From contig NC_134842.1 in NCBI RefSeq assembly GCF_965363235.1, forward strand, positions 34,104,757 through 34,168,756: a stretch of 64,000 bases of DNA, written 5' to 3'. Both the position numbers and the translations under genes were made by a program. Of the stretch, positions 12,546-24,210 are shown piece by piece. The stretch is from Mytilus galloprovincialis. Lineage: Eukaryota. The notes under the pieces are model-generated. The model was not told the DNA's origin and made no database searches. It saw nothing but the letters and a program-made list of their open reading frames with translations. The stretch's first letter is position 1. Every line of letters starts with the position of its first letter.

Positions 12546-12917
12546 CTGTTAAAAACAAAAATACTTATATAATTCATGATCTAAAATTACACATTACAGA
12601 ATTTATCTTAATCCGTTATTTTGGGCAATTAAACTTTATGTAATGTAAAAAAGGTACAAATTAATGTAACCTATCAATTATTTCAACTTCGTACTTGAAT
12701 TGGCGTACAAAACTTTAATTCTTGTATCTATGATGAATTATTTGTATATATTATATTTTGACTCAAAGCATAACTAAGCACTTATCTATATCAGAAACAA
12801 ACAAACAAAAATCATTAAAATACTTTAAATACAGTTTTCTAACTATTTTAACTAAGTTTGAATTTTGAAAGTGGTAGGTTTTTATTTGCCTACCTGTTAA
12901 AATACATTTAATCATAC

Positions 12918-12983
12918 CTTTTGATTATTCTTGCAATCATCACTTTTTCTTCATTCTGTGCAAAATTCATTCCAATACAGTTT
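12918..12983 (-). CDS. CYP4 paralog A exon 11 (heme-binding Cys loop)
   Basis: Acceptor ttttcag|AAACTGTATTGG. Translation (R)NCIGMNFAQNEEKVMIARIIKR, completing FSAGPRNCIG. Donor AAG|gtatga. 66 nt. Confidence 0.85.
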
Positions 12984-13379
12984 CTGAAAAGTTAAATTAT
13001 ATTAATTAAATCGTCATATATAAAATATAATTATATCTTCCAAATTAATCAAGAAGAAATGATGAGAAATGCATTGCTTATTTGATGTTTGCTTAGTATA
13101 AGTGGTAAATATTGCATGTATATTCTTTATGAGGGTGTACTGGTAAGTGTGTGCTCAATTAAATGTAATATTTATAGTATGTGAAATTTATATTCAGTCC
13201 AATGGAAGAACATTTCACTTGGGTACAGACTACAGTTTGTGTGATTGTTTTTTTTTTTTATATTGTGTGACTAAGCTCTTAAATTTTCATCATGGTATTG
13301 CTTTCAAATTTCTCTCCTCAACATCCCAATGCATTGAATTTTACCTTGGTCACAAAAAAAAAACCTGGTGTAGAACACA

Positions 13380-14128
13380 ATATATCCCATTCTTGATATG
13401 GGAGATAACTCATTATTGAATAAAAATATTTGGTCAAACTATATGGATCCATCTCATAAAGCTGCATACCTCATATCTTTTTTGGTTTATTAAATAATTA
13501 ACTCATATTTACCTTTTAACCATAGAAATAGGAGCACATCTATAAGGAGATGTCACATAAGGAGTATTTTGCACAAATACCTCTGCTTTACATGGGAGAT
13601 AACTCATATTTCACTTGAATCAACTGAAGTTTTAGCAAACTTTCATGATGGTTTTTGAAGATAAAAATTGGAATTATAATATTTTTTTATTAGTTTAGAA
13701 TTTCATGGCAAGTAAGTCTTGTGTTTTAAGCTCTTCTTTCTCTGATTAATATTGGAGAAAGAAAGAGCTAAAATCAAGGTTAGATTCACTTGATCTAAGT
13801 CAGGGGTTTACACAGTATATATTGGAGATGATACATATCTTACTGGAGCCAGCAAATAATAAAGTAAAAGTTCAAGGATCTGATGTGAATATGGGAGATT
13901 ATCCTCATTGATATAGGAGACAACTCATTTATAACTCCGCACCTTTTCTCAAAACATGTCTTATTATACAGATCTTTCCAATAGTGTTTTTCCCTCAAAT
14001 CTCATGGTTTATTACAGAAATAGTTTTTATTTAACTTGTTCCCGAAAGAAAAAAGTTTTAAGAAAAAGGTATAAAGTAATTACCAGTTATGAGTTATCTC
14101 CCATATCAAGGTCAGATAAATATTTACC
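13380..14128 (-). repeat. Intron-10 tandem array in paralog A: degenerate copies of the exon-10 3' end, splice donor and downstream TATCTCCC motif
   Basis: Repeated GATGGATCCATATAG.TTTACTCCATTTTCAGCTGGACCAAGgtaaat...TATCTCCCATATCAAG-like units, about 100-200-bp period. Same position as the arrays at 31200-31529 (B) and 62797-63330 (C). Confidence 0.7.
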
Positions 14129-14210
14129 TTGGTCCAGCTGAAAATGGAGTAAAGCTATATGGATCCATTTCATGATGTTTGTCTCCCTCAAATCTCTCTG
14201 GTCTAAACTC
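14128..14210 (-). CDS. CYP4 paralog A exon 10 (PERF motif)
   Basis: Acceptor tttctag|GAGTTTAGACC. Translation EFRPERFEGDKHHEMDPYSFTPFSAGPR. Donor AAG|gtaaat. 83 nt. Confidence 0.85.
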
Positions 14211-14699
14211 CTAGAAATGAAAATAAACAAAGCTGTGATCACAATACAACCTTTTGTTTTTCATTATTTACTATCATTACTGTCACATAATAAATTATCT
14301 GAATTTTTATACACATTAATTACAACAATAAGAAAAGGACCAACTTAAATTAACAAATTGTATTAGTGTGATTAAATATAATGAACAGCCTTACAGAAAC
14401 AAGACTCAGCTATTCTCACATTTGCACCAGCATTTTTATTTTAATCTTTATGTAGGAACATCATTTCTGCTCATCTAAAAATCATGTTCAAATTATGAAG
14501 CAGTTTACATGTTCTTTTAAAAATGTATATAAAATTCACGATATGCTCTCATGGAATTATAATTTACACATTTGTAATAATTACACTACTATATGTAAAG
14601 ATTAAAAGGAAGATGTTTTTACAAACTAAGAGATTACATGGTAGTAAGAAAACCAGGGCAGGCTAAAAAAAATATGTTCTGTATATTGTAAGACCTACT

Positions 14700-14895
14700 G
14701 TAGGATTTTGCCAGACATCAGGATGATTTTGAGCATGGTAAATACCCAGATCTATTAATATTCCAGCAGGTATCTCTACACCATTGGTAACAACAGGTTG
14801 ATCTAGCATTCTGTTGACTATGGATACAGGCGAATGTAATCTCATTACTTCCTTTAAGAAACACGTCAAGTATCTCAAATTTGATAGATCTTCAC
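14700..14895 (-). CDS. CYP4 paralog A exon 9 (K-helix ExxR)
   Basis: Acceptor ttatttag|TGAAGATC. Translation EDLSNLRYLTCFLKEVMRLHSPVSIVNRMLDQPVVTNGVEIPAGILIDLGIYHAQNHPDVWQNPT. Donor ACA|gtaggt. 196 nt. Overlaps track ORF 14663..14878. Confidence 0.82.
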
Positions 14896-15716
14896 TAAAT
14901 AAAATAAAAGAACTGTAGACTTAAAAATAATATTTTAGAAAGAATGTTTATGATAATAGAGCTTTTATTACAAAAATAATTCCAATGAAAAATTTTTTTT
15001 TAACTGATAAGTTGTATACTGAGGATTCATTATTATTCATTTGATACCAATTTTAGTGGATTTCATGGTAACCTGTAAATCCCATATTTCATTGTAAGAT
15101 GAATTAATGTGGTACCTAACACTACAGGGAAATAACTCTGTAAAATCAGCTAAACGTTTTAATTACTTTGTGTTGTTTAGGGAATATTAAGCTTCTCAAT
15201 GATCAAAATAAGGGTTGGTCAAACTGCTATATAACCAGTGTAATTTTCCTGATAAAACGGTTGGTTCAAATTTTTTGAAATTTTTACATTTTTGTTAGAG
15301 GGTCAAAGTAAATACTTTGTTAAAATTTTATGAAAATTAAAGGAGCCAAATTTATTTTAGTGAAGGTACCTTAAATGACTTTTCTATAAGAATATATTCA
15401 GACTTTGGTAAAACCATGAAATCAAATATCCACAAAATTACAAGTCTTCCTCAATCAACGAAAAATGGTACGCTCAAAAATAAATAATCCACAGTAGGTG
15501 TATAACTATACAATGACATAATTTTATATTCATTTGCAAAAATGTAATTTTCTAATACTATATCTAATAAATTATAAAAAAAATAAATTCAGTCACCATG
15601 TAAAACTTGTTTTCAAGCTACAAATTGTGAACAAAATGACATGCTTTGTAATCAAAGGTACAGGTATTTTTATGCAACTTTATAGAAAGAGAACTAAAAA
15701 TAAAATACAATTTTAC

Positions 15717-15840
15717 CTGTCAACAGTATTTTTGCTGCCAATGACCTGTTTAATTTCCTGATAAACTTTGTCCTGGATAGCTTTGAATTTACCCAAACAA
15801 TACATACTCCAACTAAGCACACAAGATGTTGTGTCATGAC
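15717..15840 (-). CDS. CYP4 paralog A exon 8 (I-helix GHDTTS)
   Basis: Acceptor ttctag|GTCATGAC. Translation (G)HDTTSCVLSWSMYCLGKFKAIQDKVYQEIKQVIGSKNTVDR. Donor AG|gtaaaa. 124 nt. Confidence 0.8.
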
Positions 15841-16476
15841 CTAGAACATAAACTCTTCCATATAAAGCGGTATGCAAAATATAGTTAAGATCTGAGTTTT
15901 ATAACTTCTACTTCTATAAGGATTTAGATATCAAACACAAAGAAATAATTAAATGCTTAAAAATAAATCACAAGTTTTATCGACTCTGGACGATTTTGAG
16001 GTTGACTATGATATTGTTAAGACATCTGTTTGTTGTTGAAGACTTTGTTGCCCTTCAGATGTCTTTCGGTTATTTTTTTGGTTGGGTTTCTGTATCATTA
16101 ATGTATACCCCTCTTCTCCTTTAAATCATATTTGTTAATGGCAAAGTGAACAGTTTCTCTTTACTTGTTTGTTTTATTTTATTACATAAGATAATATATA
16201 CTGACAAACTCTATTCCTTGCACAGGATTAAACATGAAATGGAAGATATATCGTAGCTACTAGTAATCATATTCAATCAGAAATAATCTTTGAGAAGAAT
16301 AGAAATGACAATCACAAATCTATCAAAAGTTAAGTTTGCTTTAATTTAAAACTTAAGATAGATAAGATGGCAGCATATGGGAATATTAATATACATATGT
16401 TTAATAGGCAAACAATTGGTGGTTACCGGCAATACTGAATCCAGTATTAGGTAGAACATTTTTGTTAAAAAATTAC

Positions 16477-16609
16477 CAGCAAAAAGGAAGGTATCGACTT
16501 CTGCCCTGATTTCATCATCCGTCAGTCCGACACCATTGTCATCTTTGGCTGTTATTAATATATCAAGGAAATCCAAGTGTTTCTTCTTCTCTGTTTCTTT
16601 ACTTTCATT
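16477..16609 (-). CDS. CYP4 paralog A exon 7 (I-helix first half, EVDTFLFAG)
   Basis: Acceptor ccaag|AATGAAAGT, with an in-frame TGA just upstream in the intron. Translation NESKETEKKKHLDFLDILITAKDDNGVGLTDDEIRAEVDTFLFAG. Donor G|gtaatt. 133 nt. Confidence 0.8.
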
Positions 16610-17261
16610 CTTGGATGATCATTTATAAAATATATTAGATTTAAATTTAATTCTATCATTGCTTGATAATCAAAGAAAAAAAATATAGTCAAAATAGTTT
16701 CTTTGCTTATTTATAATACTGTCAAGTTAAAGAACCAACAATTGAGAGAAATTGTTTCATTATATCACAACTTACTTTATTAAGAATTTTCATGACCTAA
16801 TTTTGAGAATCAAAATTTCTTATGTATTTTTTATAATAATATTTTGGTTATATGTTGACTGACAGGGTTTGGTGTAAAATTATGAGTGAAATCAATTATC
16901 TCCCCTTAAATATATGATTTTATTTTTGTCCAGAAGTGGAACACATTTTTTTTATTGACCAGGAACAATTTATAAATATTGATTTACTTAAATCAATTTT
17001 TATTTGCAGAAAATGCTATTAATTGAATCAACCCTAGATGTGGTAATTTTGAAATATAAAAGACATAAGTTTAAAGTATACTGTGGATTTGTGTATTTTC
17101 TTGGGTATCATTTTTTGGATTTGGGGAAATTTGTATTGTGCGGATATTTAATTTCATGGTTTTGCCAAATTCTACATTCAAGAATTTAAAACATTTATTC
17201 TTCGTTAAAATTTAAATTTGCATTAATATTTATCCTCCAAATCCCCCATGAGAGTACCTAC

Positions 17262-17388
17262 CAGTTCTTTTCTTCTTGTAGAAATGATATCTTTTGAGAA
17301 TTTATGAACATAATCACAAAGTTTAAAGAATTCTCTGCCATTGGCTGTCAGGTATCTATATATGAACTCTGGGTAGTGGTGAATATAT
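17262..17388 (-). CDS. CYP4 paralog A exon 6
   Basis: Acceptor ttctgtag|ATATATTC. Translation YIHHYPEFIYRYLTANGREFFKLCDYVHKFSKDIISTRRKEL. Donor CTG|gtaggt. 127 nt. Overlaps track ORF 17223..17426. Confidence 0.8.
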
Positions 17389-17639
17389 CTACAGAAAAAA
17401 AATCCAATAAAGTTAAATATGTACATTTAAAATATGCAAAAAACTGATTATATCTTTGCCCTAAAAGAAAACGAAGTCTCTATCAATGAAAGTTCTTTTA
17501 TTCGTTGTTTTCATTTATTATGTTGATGGAGTACAGGAGTGAAGAACTCCCTCCCCAATCTGTACTCACAACAGTTAATCAAAACCACAAAGTCTTATAC
17601 AAGGTTTTTAATGGTAATTAAATCAAAGAATTTAAAAAT

Positions 17640-17990
17640 ACTCAATGAAATATTCATTACAATTGGATTCCATTGAATAATATACAATTACTGTCTTTTG
17701 ATGAGGTAAATGTGTAGTTTTATTGACTTTTGAAAAATTGATATTCACTGAGGCCAAAGGTCAAAAGTCAATTAAACCACATATTTACCGAAACAAAAGA
17801 CAGTAATTGTTTTATTCCATATTCCGAGAGAAATGTATGTAATGGCAGTTATGAATCAAAACCAATTGTACATCAATCGTTTTTTTTACAAAAATAGTGC
17901 AGGTAAAAGCACCCGACGTTATGCGCGGTGAATATCCTTTTTCCGCAGGTGAATATGCTTATTTATTCAAAATCCCATTCATATAGAAAA
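17640..17990. mobile_element. MITE-like hairpin (17687-17815, about 48-bp arms) plus adjacent repeat. A related copy lies at 29560-29830.
   Basis: CAATTACTGTCTTTTGATGAGGTAAATGTGTAGTTTTATTGAC...GTCAATTAAACCACATATTTACCGAAACAAAAGACAGTAATTG. GGTGAATATGCTTATTTATTCAAAATCC is shared with the reverse complement of 29590-29620. Confidence 0.6.
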
Positions 17991-18159
17991 ACCTACTAAA
18001 GTTTTATCAATATGGAATAATTTTTTTTATTTTATTGTTTCATTCTTAATTTCTTGATAGAAATATTAAATTATAAAATATTGCCCTATATTTTCAGAAA
18101 GAAAAAAGACAACATCTTCCAAAGAATTTTGTATAGTTATATTAATTGATAATACTCAC

Positions 18160-18222
18160 AAACATCTTTCCTGAATGTGAAAACCAAGTCGATTCACTGC
18201 TATTACATATGGATGGTGTTCT
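18160..18222 (-). CDS. CYP4 paralog A exon 5
   Basis: Acceptor ttttcag|AGAACACC. Translation EHHPYVIAVNRLGFHIQERCL. Donor TT|gtgagt. 63 nt. Confidence 0.72.
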
Positions 18223-18672
18223 CTGAAAATAAGGAAGCAACTATTACGTTAAACCTGCTAACTTTTTATGCACTTGTCATAAGTCAGAAGCCTGTTGTTC
18301 AGTGGTTGTTCAGTGATTGTTGTTTGTTAGTGTGTTAAAAACACAAGTGTTTCTTGTTTCTCGTTTTTAGACTGTTGGTTTTCCTATTTGAATGGTTTAA
18401 AATGATTTTTGGGGCACTATATAGCTTGTTGTTCAGTATGAGCCTAGGCTCCATGTTGAAGACCGTACTTTGACATATAATAGCTATATAGTTTACTTTT
18501 AAAAATTGAGACTTTGATGGAGAGTTGTCACATTGGCACTCATAACCAATCTTCCTATACCTTTTGTAAAAGAATATTTTTTTTCTATCAATTTTTGATC
18601 AATTGAAGATGAAAAGTAATATCATATACGTACTACAATTTTATAGAATTATTAACAAAATATTTTACATAC

Positions 18673-18797
18673 CCAACTTGTTGTACATCTCCCTTATATC
18701 CCAAGGCACACTGAAGTAGAGTGTCTAATGTAGCCATGCTAGCTGGTTTGAATATATCTATGTATTTTCTCTTTTCACACATAGTTGCCAATTTATC
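18673..18797 (-). CDS. CYP4 paralog A exon 4
   Basis: Acceptor ttttag|GATAAATTGG. Translation DKLATMCEKRKYIDIFKPASMATLDTLLQCALGYKGDVQQVG. Donor GG|gtatgt. 125 nt. Confidence 0.78.
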
Positions 18798-19501
18798 CTA
18801 AAATAAATGTTTTCACAAGAATTGTGTGGTAGCTATGTGATCAAATCAGTAAGGATTTTATATTTGTTTCTTTTTGTTTTTCGATTGTATACTTCAGCAT
18901 GTTTGATTTCAATAAGAATAATCATAGTACCTTGAAAATATTATTATATTTACAAATGTAGTACTTTATCAACATGATAAAACTAGATAGGAACAGCTTC
19001 TCCTATGTTTATTTCTCAACAGTAATATTTTCTAAAATTCCTCAAATCTTTACTTAAACTCCCATAAAGTATCAGAGATTCAATTGAAACTACTTTTAAT
19101 AAAAAGCTTATCATTCATTTACTAGACAATATATTTGCATCAATTAGGCTGTTAGTTATCTTACTTGAATTGTTTTACATTTGTCATTAAATAAGGCCTT
19201 TTATAGATGACTATGTGGAAAATTATACCACATCTTTTTTATTTTTATTGGTTAAATCATTATTTCTATTTAATAATGGAATACTGTGGATTCATTTATT
19301 TTCTAGGGTATCAATTTTCGTGGATTGCTGAAAACTTGATTTCGTGGTTTTGACAATATCTGTATACAAAGCCTATTAAAACAGATGTATTTAACAGTTG
19401 ATTTCTAGGTTCACCTGTATCCACGAAACCAACGAAAAGTGGTATCCAACGAAGAATAATTAATCCACAGTATTGAAGAAAGGCATTAATGTTTTACTCA
19501 C

Positions 19502-19629
19502 CATTAATACATCGGTAACTTCATTGTAAATCTTGAAATACCCCGTCAATATACTGAAGTGGAATGCTGGTGTCAACAATCGACGATTTCTCTCCCATTT
19601 AGCTCCATTTGATAATAGAAGACTTTGAC
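19502..19629 (-). CDS. CYP4 paralog A exon 3 (helix-C signature [15 protein letters not shown])
   Basis: Acceptor ttttatag|GTCAAAGT. Translation [42 protein letters not shown]. Donor ATG|gtgagt. 128 nt. Confidence 0.82.
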
Positions 19630-20336
19630 CTATAAAAGGAATAGGAATGAAAAATGAAAACAATCTGTAGGACTTAATGAAAGAAGAAATGTACAAATTT
19701 TTCATTTTACACTGATAATAATACAGCAATGAAGATAATAGAATAGATTTATCTTTATACTTTATGCATTTTCTTAAAAGAATGTTTTCTGAAGCTGAAG
19801 CTTGTCTCCCCATGCTGGATTTTCTCACTTTGTTGTAGATCCATTAATGGCTATGAGCTGTTTTCTACTTTTTGGTCAGTAGTTGTCTCTTTGACACATT
19901 CCCCATTTCCAATTTCATTTTTATATATCTGATATAAATGCTTCTTGAGGAATTCTGTCAATCTTAAGTCTTCTGTTAAAACGAACATTAGATAAAGAAA
20001 GTCCTGATAGTTTCATAAATTGTCTTTGCTCAACACAATCATTGTTCCCTGTTGCAATGTCAAAACTATTAGTAAAAATTTCACCTTAGTATTTCTATTG
20101 AAATTTGCAATGCCAGTCTATTCTTTCATTTTACAAAATAATATAAATCTGAAGTATATTTGTCAATATCTTTTACATTTCGTAGGATGTCAAATTTTGA
20201 TGTGAAGAAATTACAAAGAATTCAATTATATTATCTTAGAAATTCAATATTTCTATGCTAAACTTAAGGAATGAACAAGTACATGTATTGATTTATTTAT
20301 ATAGACACAAGTATCTTTGATTTAACCTAAGAATGT

Positions 20337-20500
20337 ATCATTTAATTTAATATGTTTAAGGCAGGGGGAGATAATTAATATGTTTAATGCAGGGGGAGAA
20401 AACTAATATGTTTATTTCAGGGGGAGATAATTAATATGTTTAATGCAGGGGGAGAAAACTAATATGTTTATTTCAGGGGGAGATAATTAAATATGTTTTT
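20337..20500. repeat. 28-bp minisatellite (GTTTAATGCAGGGGGAGATAATTAATAT)n, about 6 copies, with one inverted copy at 20670-20710
   Basis: Read directly; in intron 2 of paralog A. Confidence 0.85.
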
Positions 20501-21311
20501 AATGCAAGACAATCATAAACAAAAATGTATTTAATATAGCTAAGGTATTAATATTATTTTATGAAACTTATTTATTTTAGAAAATGGAGGTTACCACGCT
20601 CTTGTTTTCTTGATATATTGCAAATTACTATTAAAAAATAAAACTGATTCACATTATTTTAATATTTCCTTAAATTATCTCCCCCTGAATTGAACACATT
20701 AAACATATTTCATAATAACCAAACTTTATTATTTTTACATAAAATTGTACATGTAACGTTGTATTGTTAGATGAGGGTCTATATGTGGTTTTTATAATCA
20801 AGAATAATGGGAGAAAAATTGAAGATATAGAGAAAAATTTGGCCGAAAATATTGAATAAAAATTATTAGATGCTAAATTGAAAATTCAATTGAAAAGACC
20901 AAAACATATTTGAAAGAATGTTTAGTAGAACAAAAAATGTAAAGAAATTAAAGAATAAAAATATTCAAAATTCCCTGTCGAGAGCCTCTTTCATATCGAT
21001 CTCATTAGTTTGTCACCCCATACCACCTTTTCCCCTTAAGGTACTGTAGATTTATTTATTTTAGCTGATACTTATTTTCTTGGATTGAAAAAAAAAATGT
21101 ATTTTAGTAACAATCATATTTGATATAGTGGTAAGTAAAAGTCTGGATTTAAACCTATAGAAAGTTCGTGATTTGTTAAAAACATGTAAATTTGTGGTTT
21201 ATCAAAACCCATAAAATCCACAAAAAATGGTAACCCACGAATAATAATGAATCCACCTGTACAGAACACTTGAAAAAACAATACTATTGAAAGGATCTGA
21301 AATATCTATAC

Positions 21312-21513
21312 CTAGCCATGGTACAAGGAATGGATACCCTGGTCCTACAGTAGGCTTTGGTGAATTAGACCTCATGACTTCTTTGATTGTATCTGGATGT
21401 GCTAGCATCACAGTTGGAAAGAATGTTGACAACCAAAACACATATATCTTCACTTTTTTCTGCACAATGAATTCTTCATGACATTTATAATGGAATTCAC
21501 TAAAATTTCCTAT
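21312..21513 (-). CDS. CYP4 paralog A exon 2
   Basis: Acceptor ttttgcag|ATAGGA. Translation IGNFSEFHYKCHEEFIVQKKVKIYVFWLSTFFPTVMLAHPDTIKEVMRSNSPKPTVGPGYPFLVPWLG. Donor G|gtatag. 202 nt. Confidence 0.78.
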
Positions 21514-21839
21514 CTGCAAAACACAAAAAATGAAACATGATTAATAAAGTTGACTCTATAAATTGAATTGTGTCTCAACCCAAAATGCAAGGAATCAAGA
21601 AGAGACCAACAAAATTTTACTCTAATTATAACTATTGTAACGTGTAACCGGGCGGGGACGTTTAGATATTTTAATCCTCGGGTTCGTACCAGTTTCCTGG
21701 GATTTGAAAAGCAATTCAAAAGTTCTAAAGTCAATAAAAAGTTTACACTACCACTAACAAATATGAAACAAATACTACATAAAACAAATTTCAACACTTA
21801 TCAACCTAACCCGAACCTGTTGAATTAAAACTGTTTAAA

Positions 21840-22270
21840 ACCCTTTCAGTCCGATACTGTTTAAACCAACTGTTTGAAACTATAGTCTGAAACCTAAATG
21901 TATGGAACTGGTTTGAAACCTAAATGTATGGAATGGGTCTGAAACCTAAATGTATGAAACTGGTCAGACAGTTTGGAACTATTGTCTGAAACCTAAATGT
22001 TTGGAACTGGTCTGAAACCTAAATGTTTGGATCGGGTCAGACAATTTGGAACTATTGTCCGAAACCTAAATGTTTGGAACTGGTCTGAAACCTAGATGTT
22101 TGGAACTGGTCTGGAACCTAAATGTTTGAAACGTGTCAGACGGTTTGGAACTATTGTCTGAAACCTAAATGTTTAAAAATGGGGCTGAACCGAAATTTAT
22201 CAAACGGGCTGAAACCTGAATGTATAAAACGGGCTGAACCGAAATGTCTCAAACGGGCTGAAACCTGAAT
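21840..22270. repeat. Minisatellite, about 27-40-bp unit (CTGAAACCTAAATGTTTGGAACTGGT...)n, about 15 copies, in intron 1 of paralog A
   Basis: Read directly. Confidence 0.85.
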
Positions 22271-22369
22271 AAAACAAATGTATGGAAACTATTCAAACTG
22301 TTGTAAAACTTTCTTATGAAACTTAATAAAATAAACATGTCTATAACTGTCTGAACAACAGGGCAGCAC

Positions 22370-22800
22370 TAAGGCATGGTATGTCAGCAAACACTCACTG
22401 CAATAGTGAAAGATGTGAGACGCAAAACCTTAGCACCAGCCCGGTTTGGACAATCTGTACCGAACCAACAGTCTCAGCCTTTCTATATTCTGTCCGCAGG
22501 TTCCAAGCACTACACTACACTTAAACTTAACCGACTGCCTGCTATAAACTACTTCCTTTCCAACCTTTCCGATGTTCACTGTCTGCTGTCTTTGGTACAA
22601 GTGACGATTTGAACAACAAATGGAAGTTTTTAACGACCTTGACTGGCTATACAGCCCTTGCACGGTCGGCTAAACGATTTGAACTGAATAGCTACCCACT
22701 ATTTATACTTCGAACGCGGACCTCGAAGAGAGCACCCTAGCAACAACTGTACAGGTAAAGCGTCTGATAGCAACAAAGGATAAAGGGATGATTTTAATGC
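22370..22800. mobile_element. GC-richer transposon-like fragment in intron 1 of A. Its 3' part (22620-22680) is an inverted copy of the 42-bp minisatellite unit found at 35097-35390.
   Basis: ACGACCTTGACTGGCTATACAGCCCTTGCACGGTCGG is the reverse complement of the GACCGTGCAAGGGCTGTATAGCCAGTCAAGGTCAT unit. Antisense ORF pairs in the track here are artefacts. Confidence 0.5.
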
Positions 22801-23204
22801 CGTTTTCAATGATAAAGAGATCAAATGGAAAATTCAAAGAGGTTTCGAAAAATATACAACTGTAGAAATATTTTATCCTTCTTAAACTGTAAATTCGTAA
22901 CACTATATTGCAGGGGCACATCCAAATGTTTTTAAAAGAAGGTTAAAACCCATGACCCCCCCCCCTTTTTTCTAAATTATCTGACTGATTTGCTGCCTAA
23001 ATGACATATACCTACAATAATGAACCCTATAATGAACAATATTGGTTTCCTGCCTGCTAACAAAAGTATATTTTCTTACATGATTACAAAGCAACATGCT
23101 ACTACTTATAGCTATTATCGCTTTTTTTTAATAACAAAAGACAAATTAAAGAGATGCAATTTCAATATGTATGATATATATATGCTGAATTGTTTATAAA
23201 TTAC

Positions 23205-23369
23205 CTGGAAAATATTTCCAAATAACCAGTGTGGTTTTGGACCTGGTAATTTGGATAATGTTTTATGGACATATCTCAACCATTTCAAATATCTGTACAG
23301 CCTTATTCCAATGTATGTCATCACCAAGGTAACAGCACCAACTACAAATGTCCACGTTATAGTACCCAT
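23205..23369 (-). CDS. CYP4-family P450 paralog A, exon 1 of 12 (N-terminal membrane anchor + PGPKPHWLFGN)
   Basis: ATG at 23367-23369. Translation MGTITWTFVVGAVTLVMTYIGIRLYRYLKWLRYVHKTLSKLPGPKPHWLFGNIFQ. Donor CAG|gtaatt. Phase 0. Confidence 0.8.
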
Positions 23370-23509
23370 CGCTCTTACTTAATGTTGTCTCTTGAAATAG
23401 AATTATGAAGTACAATTGTGATTAAAGCACATGAAGCATGTTAATTATCATGAGAAATAACAAGTTAATAATTACAATGATGTCTTGAAAAATATATAAA
23501 AGATAATTA

Positions 23510-24210
23510 AGGTAGCACAATACAAAGATTTTTCATCCCCAATCAGACATCTTTAAACTGATGTAATTCCACTCATCTTTCTTTAAATTTTATAAATGAG
23601 GTACCAAAAGAAAGAAGAAGGATTAATCTTTCAAATTGAGATAATTTCATTATGACATAATTATTACATCATTAATTGTTATGTAATTAGTTGCCATATT
23701 GTGATGTCTATACTTGAATGAATTTAGCTTCTTTTATTATTCATAGCATCCCAAAATATTTTATAGATTCTTGCACAACACAGTTTGACCTCCAAAACTG
23801 TGTCTCAGATTTTTCCTATTGTATTTCATTCTCTCATAAATCTTCAATGAAGTTTGCAACATCAATTCATAAGAGACCACTTAATTCAATTGGGTATAAA
23901 ATTTGTTCTATTGATGTTTTTGGAAATCTGAGACACAGTTTCGGAGGTCAGGCTGTGTTGTACAAGAATATATAAAATATTTTGGGATGCTATGAAGAAC
24001 AAAGAAGCTATAAATTCATTCAAGTGTGGACATCACAATATAGCAACTAATTACATAATAATTAATTATGTAATAATTATGTCATAATGAAATTGTCACA
24101 ATATGAAAGATTAATTTTTCTTCTTTCTTTTGGTACCTCATTTATGAAATATAAAGAAGGATGAAATGAATTACATCAGTTTAAAGTTGTCTGATTGGGA
24201 GTGACAAAAT
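23510..24210. mobile_element. Foldback element with about 290-bp perfect or near-perfect inverted arms (23510-23820 vs 23905-24210) and an about 85-bp centre. Lies 140 bp upstream of the paralog A start codon.
   Basis: GTTGCCATATTGTGATGTCTATACTTGAATGAATTTAGCTTCTTT...CACAGTTTGACCTCCAAAACTGTGTCTCAGATTTTTCC vs GGAAATCTGAGACACAGTTTCGGAGGTCAGGCTGTG...AAAGAAGCTATAAATTCATTCAAGTGTGGACATCACAATATAGCAACT. Confidence 0.8.

Noticed and set aside
14700-14895. Suspected 1-nt frameshift or premature TGA at the start of paralog A exon 9
   Set aside because: Re-reading 14871-14900 (gtatctcaaatttgatagatcttcactaaa) gives TGAAGATCTATCAAATTTGAGATAC, which is in frame as EDLSNLRYL. The apparent frameshift was a transcription error on my part. 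A similar suspicion for B exon 4 at about 37440 was also resolved as intact.
21287-21481. Track ORFs 21287..21481(+) and 39184..39435(+) overlapping exon 2 of A and B
   Set aside because: They are antisense reading frames across genuine minus-strand CYP4 exons. Their sense-strand partners (track ORFs 21202..21519 and 39222..39443, minus strand) carry the conserved P450 sequence.
22376-22663. Overlapping track ORFs 22376..22612(+) and 22430..22663(-)
   Set aside because: They lie inside a transposon-like fragment in intron 1 of paralog A, have no recognisable domain, and form a mutually antisense pair.
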